Source: Escherichia coli
Lineage (GTDB): Bacteria > Pseudomonadota > Gammaproteobacteria > Enterobacterales > Enterobacteriaceae
Reading direction: 5' to 3' (one strand)
Assembly (NCBI RefSeq): GCF_050320075.1
Contig: NZ_CP190018.1
DNA length: 64,000 bases
Made by a program: the position numbers and the translations under genes. Shown piece after piece: positions 46,123-55,794 of the stretch (the first letter of the stretch is position 1; each line of letters begins with the position of its first letter). A model generated the notes under the pieces. It was not told the DNA's origin. It did no database searches and saw only the letters and a program-made list of their open reading frames with translations.

Positions 46123-47517
46123 TTATGATTTCATTTTATCTGCAATATCTTCTAAGGAATCAAAGAATGCTTTGACAAAGTTGTCTTTATTAACAGTAGT
46201 AAAGTTTTGATTGTAAAATCCTACACATGCAGAAAAAATTGCTCTGCAAGTTAGCTCATTATATTTAGATGAATATAATGGTTCGACTCCACGATACACG
46301 GACCAAGAACCATGAGCTATATCAGACCTAGTCTTATACATTTCCTGAGCCACTCTAGCCCATTTTTTTTCATCTTGATAATAAATAGAAACTAATGAAG
46401 AAACACGACTTACGAAGTTCTTTGTTGTAGATGAATCCTTTTTTTCGCTACTTAGACTAACCAGCCGTTCAAGAGCCGTTGTTAATTTTACTATACGAGA
46501 ACTTTCATCCTTATCCTGTTGTGCGCTACTAAATAAATAGATAGCATCAATTAGCCTGTCTGCAATTACAGAGTTTTCATGAGGTTCTATCGCCAACTCT
46601 ATTAACCGAGAAAGAACTAACCCTAAGTCAGATTTGTAATCATCTTCAAACTTATTCCAAAACTCACCGCTATTGGCTATAGTCCCTTTAGTTGAGTAAT
46701 GATAGTTAAACATTTCGTTTGGTTTCTTGGAAAGATAAAAGCCGTCATAATTTGGGTAAGGATCTGTTGATATACTTAAAAAGTATGGGGAGATATTATA
46801 GTGCACACCAAATAGCTGTAGTATCCCAACCACAAAACATGCAATATTTTTAGCGATTCTCTGCCTACTTAACTTAGAGCGTTTGCTAACAGGGATTTTT
46901 AGGTAGTGTTTATAATGAAATTTATGAGAAGAACAAAATTTCTTAGCTAAATCAAGTTGTTGCTCAGTAAAATCATCACTAATAGTTAAGTGCATTTTTT
47001 CTGCCGATATAATATCAACTCGGCCAATAGACATTATATCTCGTTCCAACCCGTGAGCTAAAATAGGATAATAAAAATCCTCTTCAGACATTTCTCTCCT
47101 TGTTAGTTTTAATGTTTTATTTAGGAGGATAGTACATCCACTCCTGTCGCAACTGCCGTTCTCAACCCAAATATGCATAAACAATATTTTCTTAAGATTA
47201 CTTAAAAATTCATCGGTAGTAACTAGCATTTCTAAGCGATTTGATTTTATAAATCTAGCCGAAATAGCATATAACTTCTCATAAGAGGCATATGATAGAT
47301 GAATTTGAGTTCTAGAAAGATCTGTTCTTCCTTTTATTAGTTCATATGGTGCATCTATGGTCATTCCCAATGAACCAAAATTACCATTATATTCTTTTTT
47401 GTAAAATTCCATAAAATTAGATGAGGATGTTAACTCTTTATTTATTCTAACAGCCTCATCAAGAATAAATTTAAAATCTTTAACGTCTTCCAAACTGGCA
47501 CTCATCATTTTCACCAT
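46123..47517 (-). CDS. uncharacterised 464-aa protein in the P4 psu-int hotspot; C-terminal HEPN-like Rx4H motif; candidate anti-phage effector
   Basis: Strongly AT-rich versus the GC-rich flanking P4 genes; sits between cos/psu and int; C-terminal region contains RSDIAHG (R-x4-H-G, as in HEPN RNases); no Walker or other obvious motif; start overlaps the int 3' end. Confidence 0.7.
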   Translation of the reverse strand: MVKMMSASLEDVKDFKFILDEAVRINKELTSSSNFMEFYKKEYNGNFGSLGMTIDAPYELIKGRTDLSRTQIHLSYASYEKLYAISARFIKSNRLEMLVTTDEFLSNLKKILFMHIWVENGSCDRSGCTILLNKTLKLTRREMSEEDFYYPILAHGLERDIMSIGRVDIISAEKMHLTISDDFTEQQLDLAKKFCSSHKFHYKHYLKIPVSKRSKLSRQRIAKNIACFVVGILQLFGVHYNISPYFLSISTDPYPNYDGFYLSKKPNEMFNYHYSTKGTIANSGEFWNKFEDDYKSDLGLVLSRLIELAIEPHENSVIADRLIDAIYLFSSAQQDKDESSRIVKLTTALERLVSLSSEKKDSSTTKNFVSRVSSLVSIYYQDEKKWARVAQEMYKTRSDIAHGSWSVYRGVEPLYSSKYNELTCRAIFSACVGFYNQNFTTVNKDNFVKAFFDSLEDIADKMKS

Positions 47518-48685
47518 TTAAATTAATAATAAAATCACTATACCACTGCATCATTTTCTTTCGATCTTCTATATACTGTGCATGATTATATACACCACGT
47601 ATCGTGTTTTTATCCACATGAGCCAACTGCATTTCAATCCAAGCAGTATTAAAACCATTTTCATGGAGTATTGTTGATAATGTATGCCTAAATCCATGTC
47701 CTGTAAGTTTTCCCGCATAGCCTATGCGTTTGATAAGTTGATTAACACTTGCCTCACTCATAGGTTTGTTTGGATCATTCCGTCCCGGGAAAACATAACG
47801 ATAATTTCCTGTCATAGATTTAAGTTCATTAAGAAAGCCTAATACCTGGGTCGATAAGGGGACTAGGTGCGGCCTACGCATTTTCATTTTTTCGGCAGGA
47901 ATTTCCCAAATAGCGTTGTCCAGATCAAACTCTTGCCATAATGCCGCTCGCAACTCGATAGTTCTAACCCCAGTAACCATCAATAATTTTGTGGCAATCT
48001 GAACAAGTCGGCTTCCTGCATAACTATCTAAAGCACGCAGAAAATCAGGTATCTCATCTGATTTTAAGAAAGGAAAATGATTTGATTTGTGTACTTCGAG
48101 GGCACTGGACAGATCTGCCGCAGGATTAAACTCTGCTCTTCCGGTAGCAATAGCATATCGAAAAACCTCTGAGCAACGTTGCCGCACTTTGCGCATTTTC
48201 TCCAATGCACCACGTTTCTCAATTTTACGCAGCACATTTAGCAATTCTAGCGGTTTAATTTCCCCTACAGGCCTCGTCCCTACATACGGAAAAATATCAT
48301 TTTGGAACGCCTCAATAATATCTGAGGCATACCCAGCAGACCATTTTGCCGACTTCATCTGATGCCACTCTCTGGCAATCTTTTCGAATGCGTTCTCAGA
48401 TTGAATTCGTAATGCTAATTTTTGTTCTTTTCGAACCTCACTAGGATTTTTTCCCTCGGCCACTATTTTTCTGGCCTCATCACGGCGGGCGCGAGCTTCA
48501 GCAAGTGTGATCGTTGGATAAACACCAAGCGAGATCATTTTAGGTTTACCTGCATAGCGATAACGAAATCGCCAGCTTTTACTTCCATTTGGCTCTACAA
48601 GTAAAGACAACCCTTGCCCATCCCCAAGTGTATAGGCTTTAGCTTCAGGTTTAGCACGGCGAATCTGCATATCATTTAGGGGCAT
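47480..48685 (-). CDS. int: P4-type tyrosine integrase
   Basis: 401 aa; N-terminal arm-binding region (MPLNDMQIRRAKPEAKAYTLGDGQGL), C-terminal catalytic region (HGFRHT...YNHAQY); start faces the tRNA fragment 165 bp away. Confidence 0.95.
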   Translation of the reverse strand: MPLNDMQIRRAKPEAKAYTLGDGQGLSLLVEPNGSKSWRFRYRYAGKPKMISLGVYPTITLAEARARRDEARKIVAEGKNPSEVRKEQKLALRIQSENAFEKIAREWHQMKSAKWSAGYASDIIEAFQNDIFPYVGTRPVGEIKPLELLNVLRKIEKRGALEKMRKVRQRCSEVFRYAIATGRAEFNPAADLSSALEVHKSNHFPFLKSDEIPDFLRALDSYAGSRLVQIATKLLMVTGVRTIELRAALWQEFDLDNAIWEIPAEKMKMRRPHLVPLSTQVLGFLNELKSMTGNYRYVFPGRNDPNKPMSEASVNQLIKRIGYAGKLTGHGFRHTLSTILHENGFNTAWIEMQLAHVDKNTIRGVYNHAQYIEDRKKMMQWYSDFIINLNGENDECQFGRR

Positions 48686-48849
48686 GTGTATAGAATTCCA
48701 AAATCGAACAGGAACATATACATAATCCTATACACATTTAGTACTGGATTCTACTGGAAGGTTATGGACTAACACGGACAACGATAACAAAAAATCTTTT
48801 ATAAAACAGTATGCTTATGGACAAATACGGACGTTTGAAGAAGTTGGGA

Positions 48850-48896
48850 TGGTGCCGATAATAGGAGTCGAACCTACGACCTTCGCATTACGAATC
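48850..48896 (-). tRNA. 3' fragment (~47 nt) of a thrW-type tRNA-Thr(CGU); attachment-site core, not a complete tRNA
   Basis: Minus strand reads GATTCGTAATGCGAAGGTCGTAGGTTCGACTCCTATTATCGGCACCA (anticodon loop with CGU through T-arm to CCA); the sequence 5' of it cannot form acceptor and D stems. Confidence 0.8.
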
Positions 48897-49126
48897 TGTA
48901 GCACCAATCATAACTATCTGTTTTAGCAAGCATTAACCGCATTCACCAAGCAATAGTTGATGGCACAAACAGAAAGTTGATGCATGATGTTGTCATGTGT
49001 ATGTCACAAATACGGCACAACGATCTTCAAACATGTAGCCACTCAGCATAGAAGAGCACAAAGCCTTGCAATCCAGTGCAAAGCTTTGTGTGTCTCAGTT
49101 TTGTTTCATCTGTAATTATGTGTTCG

Positions 49127-49429
49127 CTACGATGCAAGAATCCATACCGATAAGCATCCGATAATTGGGAAAGAAAAATCCAACAAACTTCCCACACCCC
49201 ACGCGCGCGGATCAAAACCGCCCCACCACGGCATATTCATACGCTTGCCATGCCCGAACATTTCAATCCAGCGATATTCTGCCTGGGTGTGTTCACGCGC
49301 AATGAAGAACGTACAACCGGCTATCGCACCGTAAGCCCAGTTTCCGGTAAAAAGACCAATCAGTAGCTGCGCAGCCACAGCACAAAGTGCATGAAGTAAG
49401 GGTGTTATATCCATTTTCATCCTACCCAA
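49127..49429 (-). CDS. hypothetical small membrane protein (100 aa) between the att core and oac
   Basis: ORF with two hydrophobic segments; function unknown. Confidence 0.4.
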   Translation of the reverse strand: MGRMKMDITPLLHALCAVAAQLLIGLFTGNWAYGAIAGCTFFIAREHTQAEYRWIEMFGHGKRMNMPWWGGFDPRAWGVGSLLDFSFPIIGCLSVWILAS

Positions 49430-49885
49430 TAAAACGGGGCGCTCGGCCCATTAATATTATTTAGACGCAAGCGCTGCCTCAATTGCAGATAACATTTGTC
49501 TTAATTCTGCGTTTTCTTCTTCCAGTGCTGTTATTCTGTCGTCTGACTCTCTGGCTACCTGAACAAGCAAGCCAGTAACACCAGAATAATCTACAGTGTA
49601 ATACCGTTCACCTTCTTCACCTAAAGGATGACAAAATCACATAAATAATTTAAAAATCATAGCATTAGATTACTTAATGATTAAATAATAGACTGCGAAA
49701 CGCGACAAAACACAACATATCCAGTCACTATGAATCAACTACTTAGATGGTATTAGTGACCTGTAACAGAGTATTAGCGCAAGGTGATTTTTTGTCTTCT
49801 TGCGCTAATTTTTTGTCAACGCACTGGGTTAGTTGAATTTACAACCATGCTCAGTTTGGTGATCTCTTTAGGTCGATTGTTATGG

Positions 49886-50926
49886 TTATGCTCTGCTTGA
49901 TTCAGTGATTTTGGAATCCTGCATTTTAGTAATCATACCCATAATTTTATGCCTAAGCTTTTCCATTGGGTTTTCGATTAGATAAAAACTTACCGCCCCA
50001 ACTAAGATTGATGCTACCATCGTTGCTATATACATATAGAAACTGATTCCTACGTACCACACACCCATTGCTAGAATCAGGAAGTGCCATAGGTATATAG
50101 AGAAGCTCCATTTACCAATGTAAGACATTAACGGTGTTGACAGAGCCCAAGCAAATACACCTTCTCCATAGCTCATTAGCAGAACAATGAGTCCAAATAT
50201 TGGCGCATAGAAAATAAATTTGTTGAGAACCCATCCATCAGTAAACCCACCAGTTAACTTCCACATAACTTTAGGCAGTGCAATAAGCATTGATACAATA
50301 AAGAACAGGAAGGCTATATCAGACAACTCTTGACCAATTTTAAGGAAATTATCGTGATAGAGAAATGCTGCAATCATTCCGCAAGCAAACAGTGGGAAAT
50401 ACCACATCACCATTCCGCCATACGCACTATCCATCGCAGGGTACAATCCCTGTAGCAATACAGCCAGTGCGAAAATAAGGAATGCCGCTGCTTTTCCATT
50501 GTACACTTTTTGAATTGCGACACCAGCATACGCAAAGAATGGAAGTATGAAGTAGAATTTATACTCAATTGGTATTGTCCAGAAATGAAGCACGGCCTCT
50601 TTCATCGTTATGATTGAGATTGCCGTATTCAAATCAAAATACCCAAAATATGAATACACGAGAACAGCTATTGCGAACACCGGAAGGATTCTCATTGTTC
50701 TTCCAAGGAAATAACTTAAAAGAGACCGCCAGGAAAATCCGGTAGAAATAAATCTACTGGTTAGCAAAAATGCGCTGAGAACAAAGAATATCCAAACGCC
50801 AAACTGTGAACTTCCACCAAGCATAACCTCATACTCATGAAAATATATTCCTGTAGCGTGGGCTATTATTACAAGGAATACCGCTATTGCCCTTAGTCCA
50901 TCAAGAGACTTGATTTTACCTTTCAT
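49886..50926 (-). CDS. acyltransferase-3 family O-antigen acetyltransferase (Oac-like serotype-conversion enzyme)
   Basis: Multi-pass membrane protein with N-terminal LDGLRAIAVFLVIIAH (acyltransferase-3 signature); AT-rich; directly downstream of the tailspike gene; start probably the internal Met. Confidence 0.8.
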   Translation of the reverse strand: MKGKIKSLDGLRAIAVFLVIIAHATGIYFHEYEVMLGGSSQFGVWIFFVLSAFLLTSRFISTGFSWRSLLSYFLGRTMRILPVFAIAVLVYSYFGYFDLNTAISIITMKEAVLHFWTIPIEYKFYFILPFFAYAGVAIQKVYNGKAAAFLIFALAVLLQGLYPAMDSAYGGMVMWYFPLFACGMIAAFLYHDNFLKIGQELSDIAFLFFIVSMLIALPKVMWKLTGGFTDGWVLNKFIFYAPIFGLIVLLMSYGEGVFAWALSTPLMSYIGKWSFSIYLWHFLILAMGVWYVGISFYMYIATMVASILVGAVSFYLIENPMEKLRHKIMGMITKMQDSKITESSRA

Positions 50927-51009
50927 TTCTTTCCCAGATATGGAGTGAACATCTGCGAAAATGTAGCACATTTCAAGGTAAACAAGAAGCGCATCCATGC
51001 GCATTTTCA

Positions 51010-52929
51010 TCACCCTGCCTTGGTGTATGTCCAGTTAAATGTTGTTGTTCCCTGGCTTGTGATGGTTACAATCCTTCCTGTCACTGTAAATGATATCAAC
51101 CCTCCTGACTTAAGCGGAGTTAAAGTAAGTGTTGTTCCGTCCCACATGGCAAGCTGAAGCGAAGAGAAATTTGTTCCACTGCTTTCTGCCCAAACGCTTA
51201 TCAGGTACATCCCTTGGCTATTTGGCAGTTCAAACAACGTAGTTGCTACGTTAGCTGCAACAGCCTGAGTTCCTTTCGCTGTGTACACTGCTGGCAACTG
51301 ATTACCTGCAGAGCTTCGTGATTCAACATATGAGCCTGAAGTTTGCGTCCCAGTTAATGAGCAGTCAGTAAATACTCCATTCCCTGTGCTGTAAGTTGAT
51401 ATTACAGGAGTCCCACCAGTCGGAGCCTTAAACCGGCATCCCTCAGCAATTATTTTTGCTGTTGAGTCTGTCAGCAATGTGTTTGGGTATCCAGAGCCAG
51501 TGTAGGTTATTGATTCGCTATCAAGGAAGCTATCGGTACTTGATTTTATGTTAACAATGCTTGTGCCTGTTGCAAAGATAAATGCTGCTGTCCCACTCCC
51601 CGTTGTTTGCATTGAGTTTCCATGCCCGGCCAATCCTGATATATGGGCAATAGTATCATTAAGTTTTATATACGACGCAGTAATTCCATTTGTATTTTTT
51701 ATTATATTAGACTCACCATCATACCCTGTAATAGTAAGACACTTACATCCAGAAAAATATAACCCTGAGGAATCAAATGTATATTGCGACCCGTCAACTG
51801 TGATCTGGTCTCCTGCACAGTTTATTAGCTGAGGAGACAGGCAATTTACAACATACCATGCCTGTGCTGCATCCAGCACATAACATGTATCCCACTGTAT
51901 TGTCGTTCCGTTCGCCTTATAGAAACCATGCGCAACTCTCCTCGCCCATACCTGGGTATACTTTGTTAGGTAATTTCCAGAGTCATCATATATGGCCCAC
52001 CATGCACCATCAACCTCAACATTTTTAATGTGCATAACGCCTGGTGAAGTAGTTCCTCCATCAATTAGAATGCCAATTTTACCATCATTGCCAGTAGGTG
52101 ATGTAGGGCGTCCTCCATCGTAAAAAATATAGACATTTTCAATATTTATTGTATTAAACGCTGCGTGGTAATGGAAACAAGCTATATTTCCTATTACTGC
52201 TATGAAAGTTTCCGGCCTATTTATGTTGCTGTTTGTTTCGCCATTTATTGTGCAGTTTGAATTCATCTCTATCGTTGCATTTACGAAGTAAGTTCCAGAT
52301 GTCAATAATACATTCCGCCCTGTATTAATTGCGGCCTGTATGCCTGCATAGTCAAGAGACTGAGTTAGTGATGTTACGAATGGATAAACAGCCTGCGCCG
52401 CTGATAGTGTGGAGAATTTCTCGCTGAGTGGATGCAGAGTTCCGTCAGCTGTTGCACCGAAATCCTTGGCTGAAATGAAGTTGGTATTTTTATCATGTTG
52501 AGTTAAAGCTATTGAGCCGATATATGGCTGCTTAACTGCAACTAGTGCATCTCCCATTCCATCAGCATCGCTTTCTAACTGCTGCTTAAACTGATCAGGG
52601 TCATACTTCAGCACATTAGGAAAATAGAACTGCTGTGCACCATACGCATCATATACAGCCATAGAATGGCCTTGCACAGTTACGAACTTGGCAATCTGTC
52701 CGTTATATACAGGGTAACCAGCGGCGTTAATGATGATTGGTTGCGAAACAGGAACGTGAGAGCCGTCTTCGTTCTCTACATAAACCTGAATCTGGTTTTC
52801 TGGATTTACTGGGTCCGTGTCAATTTTACCGATATAAATTTTGCCATTGGCAACCGCTTTAAAAGAACGCGCCATAGTGAAGAGTTGCGAAGGCATGCTT
52901 ACCACAACATTTGCGGTGATATCTGACAT
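51010..52929 (-). CDS. tailspike protein: P22-type head-binding N-terminal domain with a different, AT-rich receptor-binding body
   Basis: From the internal Met: [43 protein letters not shown]... closely resembles the P22 gp9 N-terminus; remainder is Ser/Thr/Gly/Asn-rich and AT-rich. Confidence 0.85.
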   Translation of the reverse strand: MSDITANVVVSMPSQLFTMARSFKAVANGKIYIGKIDTDPVNPENQIQVYVENEDGSHVPVSQPIIINAAGYPVYNGQIAKFVTVQGHSMAVYDAYGAQQFYFPNVLKYDPDQFKQQLESDADGMGDALVAVKQPYIGSIALTQHDKNTNFISAKDFGATADGTLHPLSEKFSTLSAAQAVYPFVTSLTQSLDYAGIQAAINTGRNVLLTSGTYFVNATIEMNSNCTINGETNSNINRPETFIAVIGNIACFHYHAAFNTINIENVYIFYDGGRPTSPTGNDGKIGILIDGGTTSPGVMHIKNVEVDGAWWAIYDDSGNYLTKYTQVWARRVAHGFYKANGTTIQWDTCYVLDAAQAWYVVNCLSPQLINCAGDQITVDGSQYTFDSSGLYFSGCKCLTITGYDGESNIIKNTNGITASYIKLNDTIAHISGLAGHGNSMQTTGSGTAAFIFATGTSIVNIKSSTDSFLDSESITYTGSGYPNTLLTDSTAKIIAEGCRFKAPTGGTPVISTYSTGNGVFTDCSLTGTQTSGSYVESRSSAGNQLPAVYTAKGTQAVAANVATTLFELPNSQGMYLISVWAESSGTNFSSLQLAMWDGTTLTLTPLKSGGLISFTVTGRIVTITSQGTTTFNWTYTKAG

Positions 52930-53017
52930 TTCATTGCTCCAGACGAATGATATGATGCAACCATGATGTGATTGCATACCGAAATGGTACTATTGAGTAT
53001 TTATCCAGTAGGTTACG

Positions 53018-53311
53018 ATGCCATTCCACCCAACTGGTGAGGCATCAAGGATGTACAGCAAATACGACGAGGCGCAGTTTCACTTGAGACTTCCGCATGA
53101 ACTCCACGCGAAAATTAAGCAGCGTGCGAAGATGAATAACAGGTCGCTGAACTCAGAGATAATTGCAGCGATTGAGGAATCATTGGATAAACAAAGCTCT
53201 GCATCAGTTTACATTGACGATGCAGAGCGTATGGCAGAACAACAATCTGATATGGTTAAGAAAATTGTCTTTGATACGCTCAAGAAGCTATATAAAAAAG
53301 ACAGCAGATAA
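53018..53311 (+). CDS. Mnt/Arc-like ribbon-helix-helix repressor
   Basis: Resembles P22 Mnt (…RSLNSEIIAAIEESL…DAERMAEQQSDMVKKIVFDTLKKLYKK); located between gene-16-like and tailspike as in the P22 immI region; start may be the internal Met (53051). Confidence 0.75.
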   Translation: MPFHPTGEASRMYSKYDEAQFHLRLPHELHAKIKQRAKMNNRSLNSEIIAAIEESLDKQSSASVYIDDAERMAEQQSDMVKKIVFDTLKKLYKKDSR

Positions 53312-53400
53312 CCATCCGTTACGGAGGATTTATGCACAGAGATATGCTGAATATTGCGTTCTACATATTTGGTTTTTGCACGTTCCTGGTGTTTGCGAAG

Positions 53401-55794
53401 CTATTCTGACAGCGCATCAGACTTAGCCCCCTGAGTCAGGGCGTTAATGGCCTTTTGTGCCTGCTGCATGGCTTTCTCGAACGCTGTTGATCCGCGTGGG
53501 GTGTTTGCCATTCGGAGCATTGCATTTCTGAATGGCTCGCTCTCATAGGCGCGAGTAAGAAGTCCGTAGCTTACCGCTGCGCCAGTTGTCGCAGGGTTCA
53601 TTGCTGTCCCATATCCGATAATGAACGGGATGGTTTGCTGCCCTGTTGGTGTTGTTACTGCCGCTTTTGCAGCCTGCTGCGTGGATTGCAGGTAGTTTTT
53701 CAATCCTTTCAGATAAGCGGCTTCCTGACCTTTAAATGTGATGCCAGTCTGGTTTTGCAGGATGTTAAGCTGTCGAAGGAACTGGTCAGGGGAACCACCT
53801 GATTTCTCCATCGCCTTTCCAATGATGCCATTGCGCATTTGCGCCCTGCCAACACGACCAACTGAGTTATACAGCGTCTTAATTTCCGATTTGTTCTTGC
53901 TGAATAGCATGTTGTTGACAACTTCCGGCGTCAGGTCGCCTTTCATGAGAACATTCTTCAGCCTGGTATTCTTTAGTTTCGCCGCTTCGTCAGCGTAGAC
54001 GGCATTGGCCTGCTGATATTTACGGAGAGTATCGTTGCCAAGATTCTGACCAATGGCACCATTGATATCGTCGGTCATTGCCTTGTAAACGCGCTGAATG
54101 GCAGCATCGGAACGGTTTGGTAACACTGGTCGCTCCCCCTTCACGTCCATTCTGAACTGGCTGCGCAGATCGCTTAATTGCTTCAAATCCAGATTTACCG
54201 GACCATCAGGACCAGCATTGCGAACAAGCTCATCACGATAGGACTGAAGTTTTGAAATAGTCTCGTTATCAGCAACCTTACCAAGCTTCTGCAGGTTAGA
54301 TATTTCTGTATCAATCTGCTGAATTGCTCTTGCAGGCTGAATGTTTATTCCCGCCATAGCATTCTGAACCTGCTCCAGTCGATTTCCTGCAGCGCGACGA
54401 ATTCCTGATGTTTTCGCTTTAAGGCTGTCAATAACAACCGCTGGATCATACTCACCGAATTTATCAGCAAATCTCTGCACCAACTGGCTTCTCGCTTCCT
54501 GTTGCGTTGCTCTCATTCCGCTTGTGCCAGCCAGAGGGATATTTTCTGCTGTAGTCTGCGCCATTTTTCCGACGCGGGAAGTTGGTTGTAACAGGTCTGT
54601 GGTGTGCAGAGGAACTCCTTCACGCTCTGCAAATCTGATAGCCTGCTGCGCTTCTGGCGCGATAGCACCACGAACGCCACGATAAGCAGCACCTAACCCA
54701 CGTCCGGCAGCGTTAATAGCACCGCCAGTAAGTACACCAACGCCTAAATCGGTGGCGAGTGCTTCCGCATCATCTTTCGCACTATTTGCAGCAAGTGATC
54801 CAACTGCGTTTTCTGCGAGAAGTCGTGTTGCCCCCTGAGCAATTCGACCAGCAAGTGTTGGTGCCTGTGCCGCCGCTCTCTCAACGCCAGCAGGAGTGAG
54901 GTAAGGCAATGATTCAGCAAATACCCTTCCCTCTGTCGTTTGTGGAGTCAGCGCGCCTTGCTGAAGGCCAAAGTCCTGCTCTAATCCCTGCGTTGTTACT
55001 CGTGGCGCTGGTTGATATGTCCCATCGCCAATGCCGAGTTTACCTCCAGCCCAAGCCGCCGCGCTTGTTACAGCATCAGTGAGTTCAGCAGGTATGTTCG
55101 CTACGTTGATTCCTGCCTGTAGTAAGCCGCGCCCGGTTTCAGCAAGTCCATTACCAAGGTCAGACATTATTCCGCCTTGCTGCTGAACAGGTTTCGGTGC
55201 GACAGAACTTACGGGTTGAGGTGGCTGCTGACTGGCTGCCTGCTGCTCAATCTGAGCAAATGGATTATTTGGGTCTGACTGCACGCCTGATGCCGATACT
55301 TGTTCGGATGACTGTGCTTCCAGTTGTGCAAACGGGTTGTTAGGGTCTTGCTGAGGATGTACCTTTGCAGAGGTGGCGCGCTGTTCGACTGTTGAGTCTG
55401 TCACCGGGTCACCCGCCCATTGAGCAAAGCGATCATCAACGTAACCGCGGCCTTCAGGTCCTGGCGTATATTCACCACGCTTTGCCTTCATAACGTTGCC
55501 GGGACCGTCGTGATAAGCCTGAAGAGCGTCACGCCAGTTACCAAACTGCTGGTACATCTTTGCCAGATAGCGCGCGCCAGCGTCAGCCTGATATTCGGGG
55601 TTTTGCATTTGCTCATCGGTATAACCCATATCACGCCATGTCCCAGGCATGACCTGAGTCAATCCTACAGCCCCGGCGGAGCTTACTGCGGCAGGGTTGT
55701 AAGAAGACTCCTTGGCACCCAGTGCAGTCATCAACCCTTCTGGCACACCGTAACGTGCGCCAGCCTGCTCTAACAAATCACGGTAATTAGCCAT
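53401..55794 (-). CDS. DNA ejection / internal virion protein (P22 gp16 position) with N-terminal lytic transglycosylase domain
   Basis: 797 aa; N-terminal SLT motif (GLMTALGAKESSYNPAAVSSAGAVGLTQVMPGTW), Gln/Ala-rich remainder. Confidence 0.75.
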   Translation of the reverse strand: MANYRDLLEQAGARYGVPEGLMTALGAKESSYNPAAVSSAGAVGLTQVMPGTWRDMGYTDEQMQNPEYQADAGARYLAKMYQQFGNWRDALQAYHDGPGNVMKAKRGEYTPGPEGRGYVDDRFAQWAGDPVTDSTVEQRATSAKVHPQQDPNNPFAQLEAQSSEQVSASGVQSDPNNPFAQIEQQAASQQPPQPVSSVAPKPVQQQGGIMSDLGNGLAETGRGLLQAGINVANIPAELTDAVTSAAAWAGGKLGIGDGTYQPAPRVTTQGLEQDFGLQQGALTPQTTEGRVFAESLPYLTPAGVERAAAQAPTLAGRIAQGATRLLAENAVGSLAANSAKDDAEALATDLGVGVLTGGAINAAGRGLGAAYRGVRGAIAPEAQQAIRFAEREGVPLHTTDLLQPTSRVGKMAQTTAENIPLAGTSGMRATQQEARSQLVQRFADKFGEYDPAVVIDSLKAKTSGIRRAAGNRLEQVQNAMAGINIQPARAIQQIDTEISNLQKLGKVADNETISKLQSYRDELVRNAGPDGPVNLDLKQLSDLRSQFRMDVKGERPVLPNRSDAAIQRVYKAMTDDINGAIGQNLGNDTLRKYQQANAVYADEAAKLKNTRLKNVLMKGDLTPEVVNNMLFSKNKSEIKTLYNSVGRVGRAQMRNGIIGKAMEKSGGSPDQFLRQLNILQNQTGITFKGQEAAYLKGLKNYLQSTQQAAKAAVTTPTGQQTIPFIIGYGTAMNPATTGAAVSYGLLTRAYESEPFRNAMLRMANTPRGSTAFEKAMQQAQKAINALTQGAKSDALSE

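Larger units (their letters stand above)
38649..48896. mobile_element. P4-like phage satellite (integrative element), about 10.2 kb, with int next to the tRNA-Thr fragment
   Basis: Gene set and order int / hotspot gene / cos / psu-delta-sid / ori / alpA / RNA-immunity region / small ORFs / alpha / crr; bounded by the tRNA 3' fragment (48850-48896) and a degenerate copy of its end (ATGGTGCGATAAGAGGA at 38649-38669). Confidence 0.8.

Noticed and set aside
48850-48925. A complete tRNA-Thr gene
   Set aside because: Only the 3' ~47 nt (anticodon loop to CCA) match a tRNA; upstream sequence cannot form the acceptor and D stems, so it is an att-core fragment (pseudo-tRNA)
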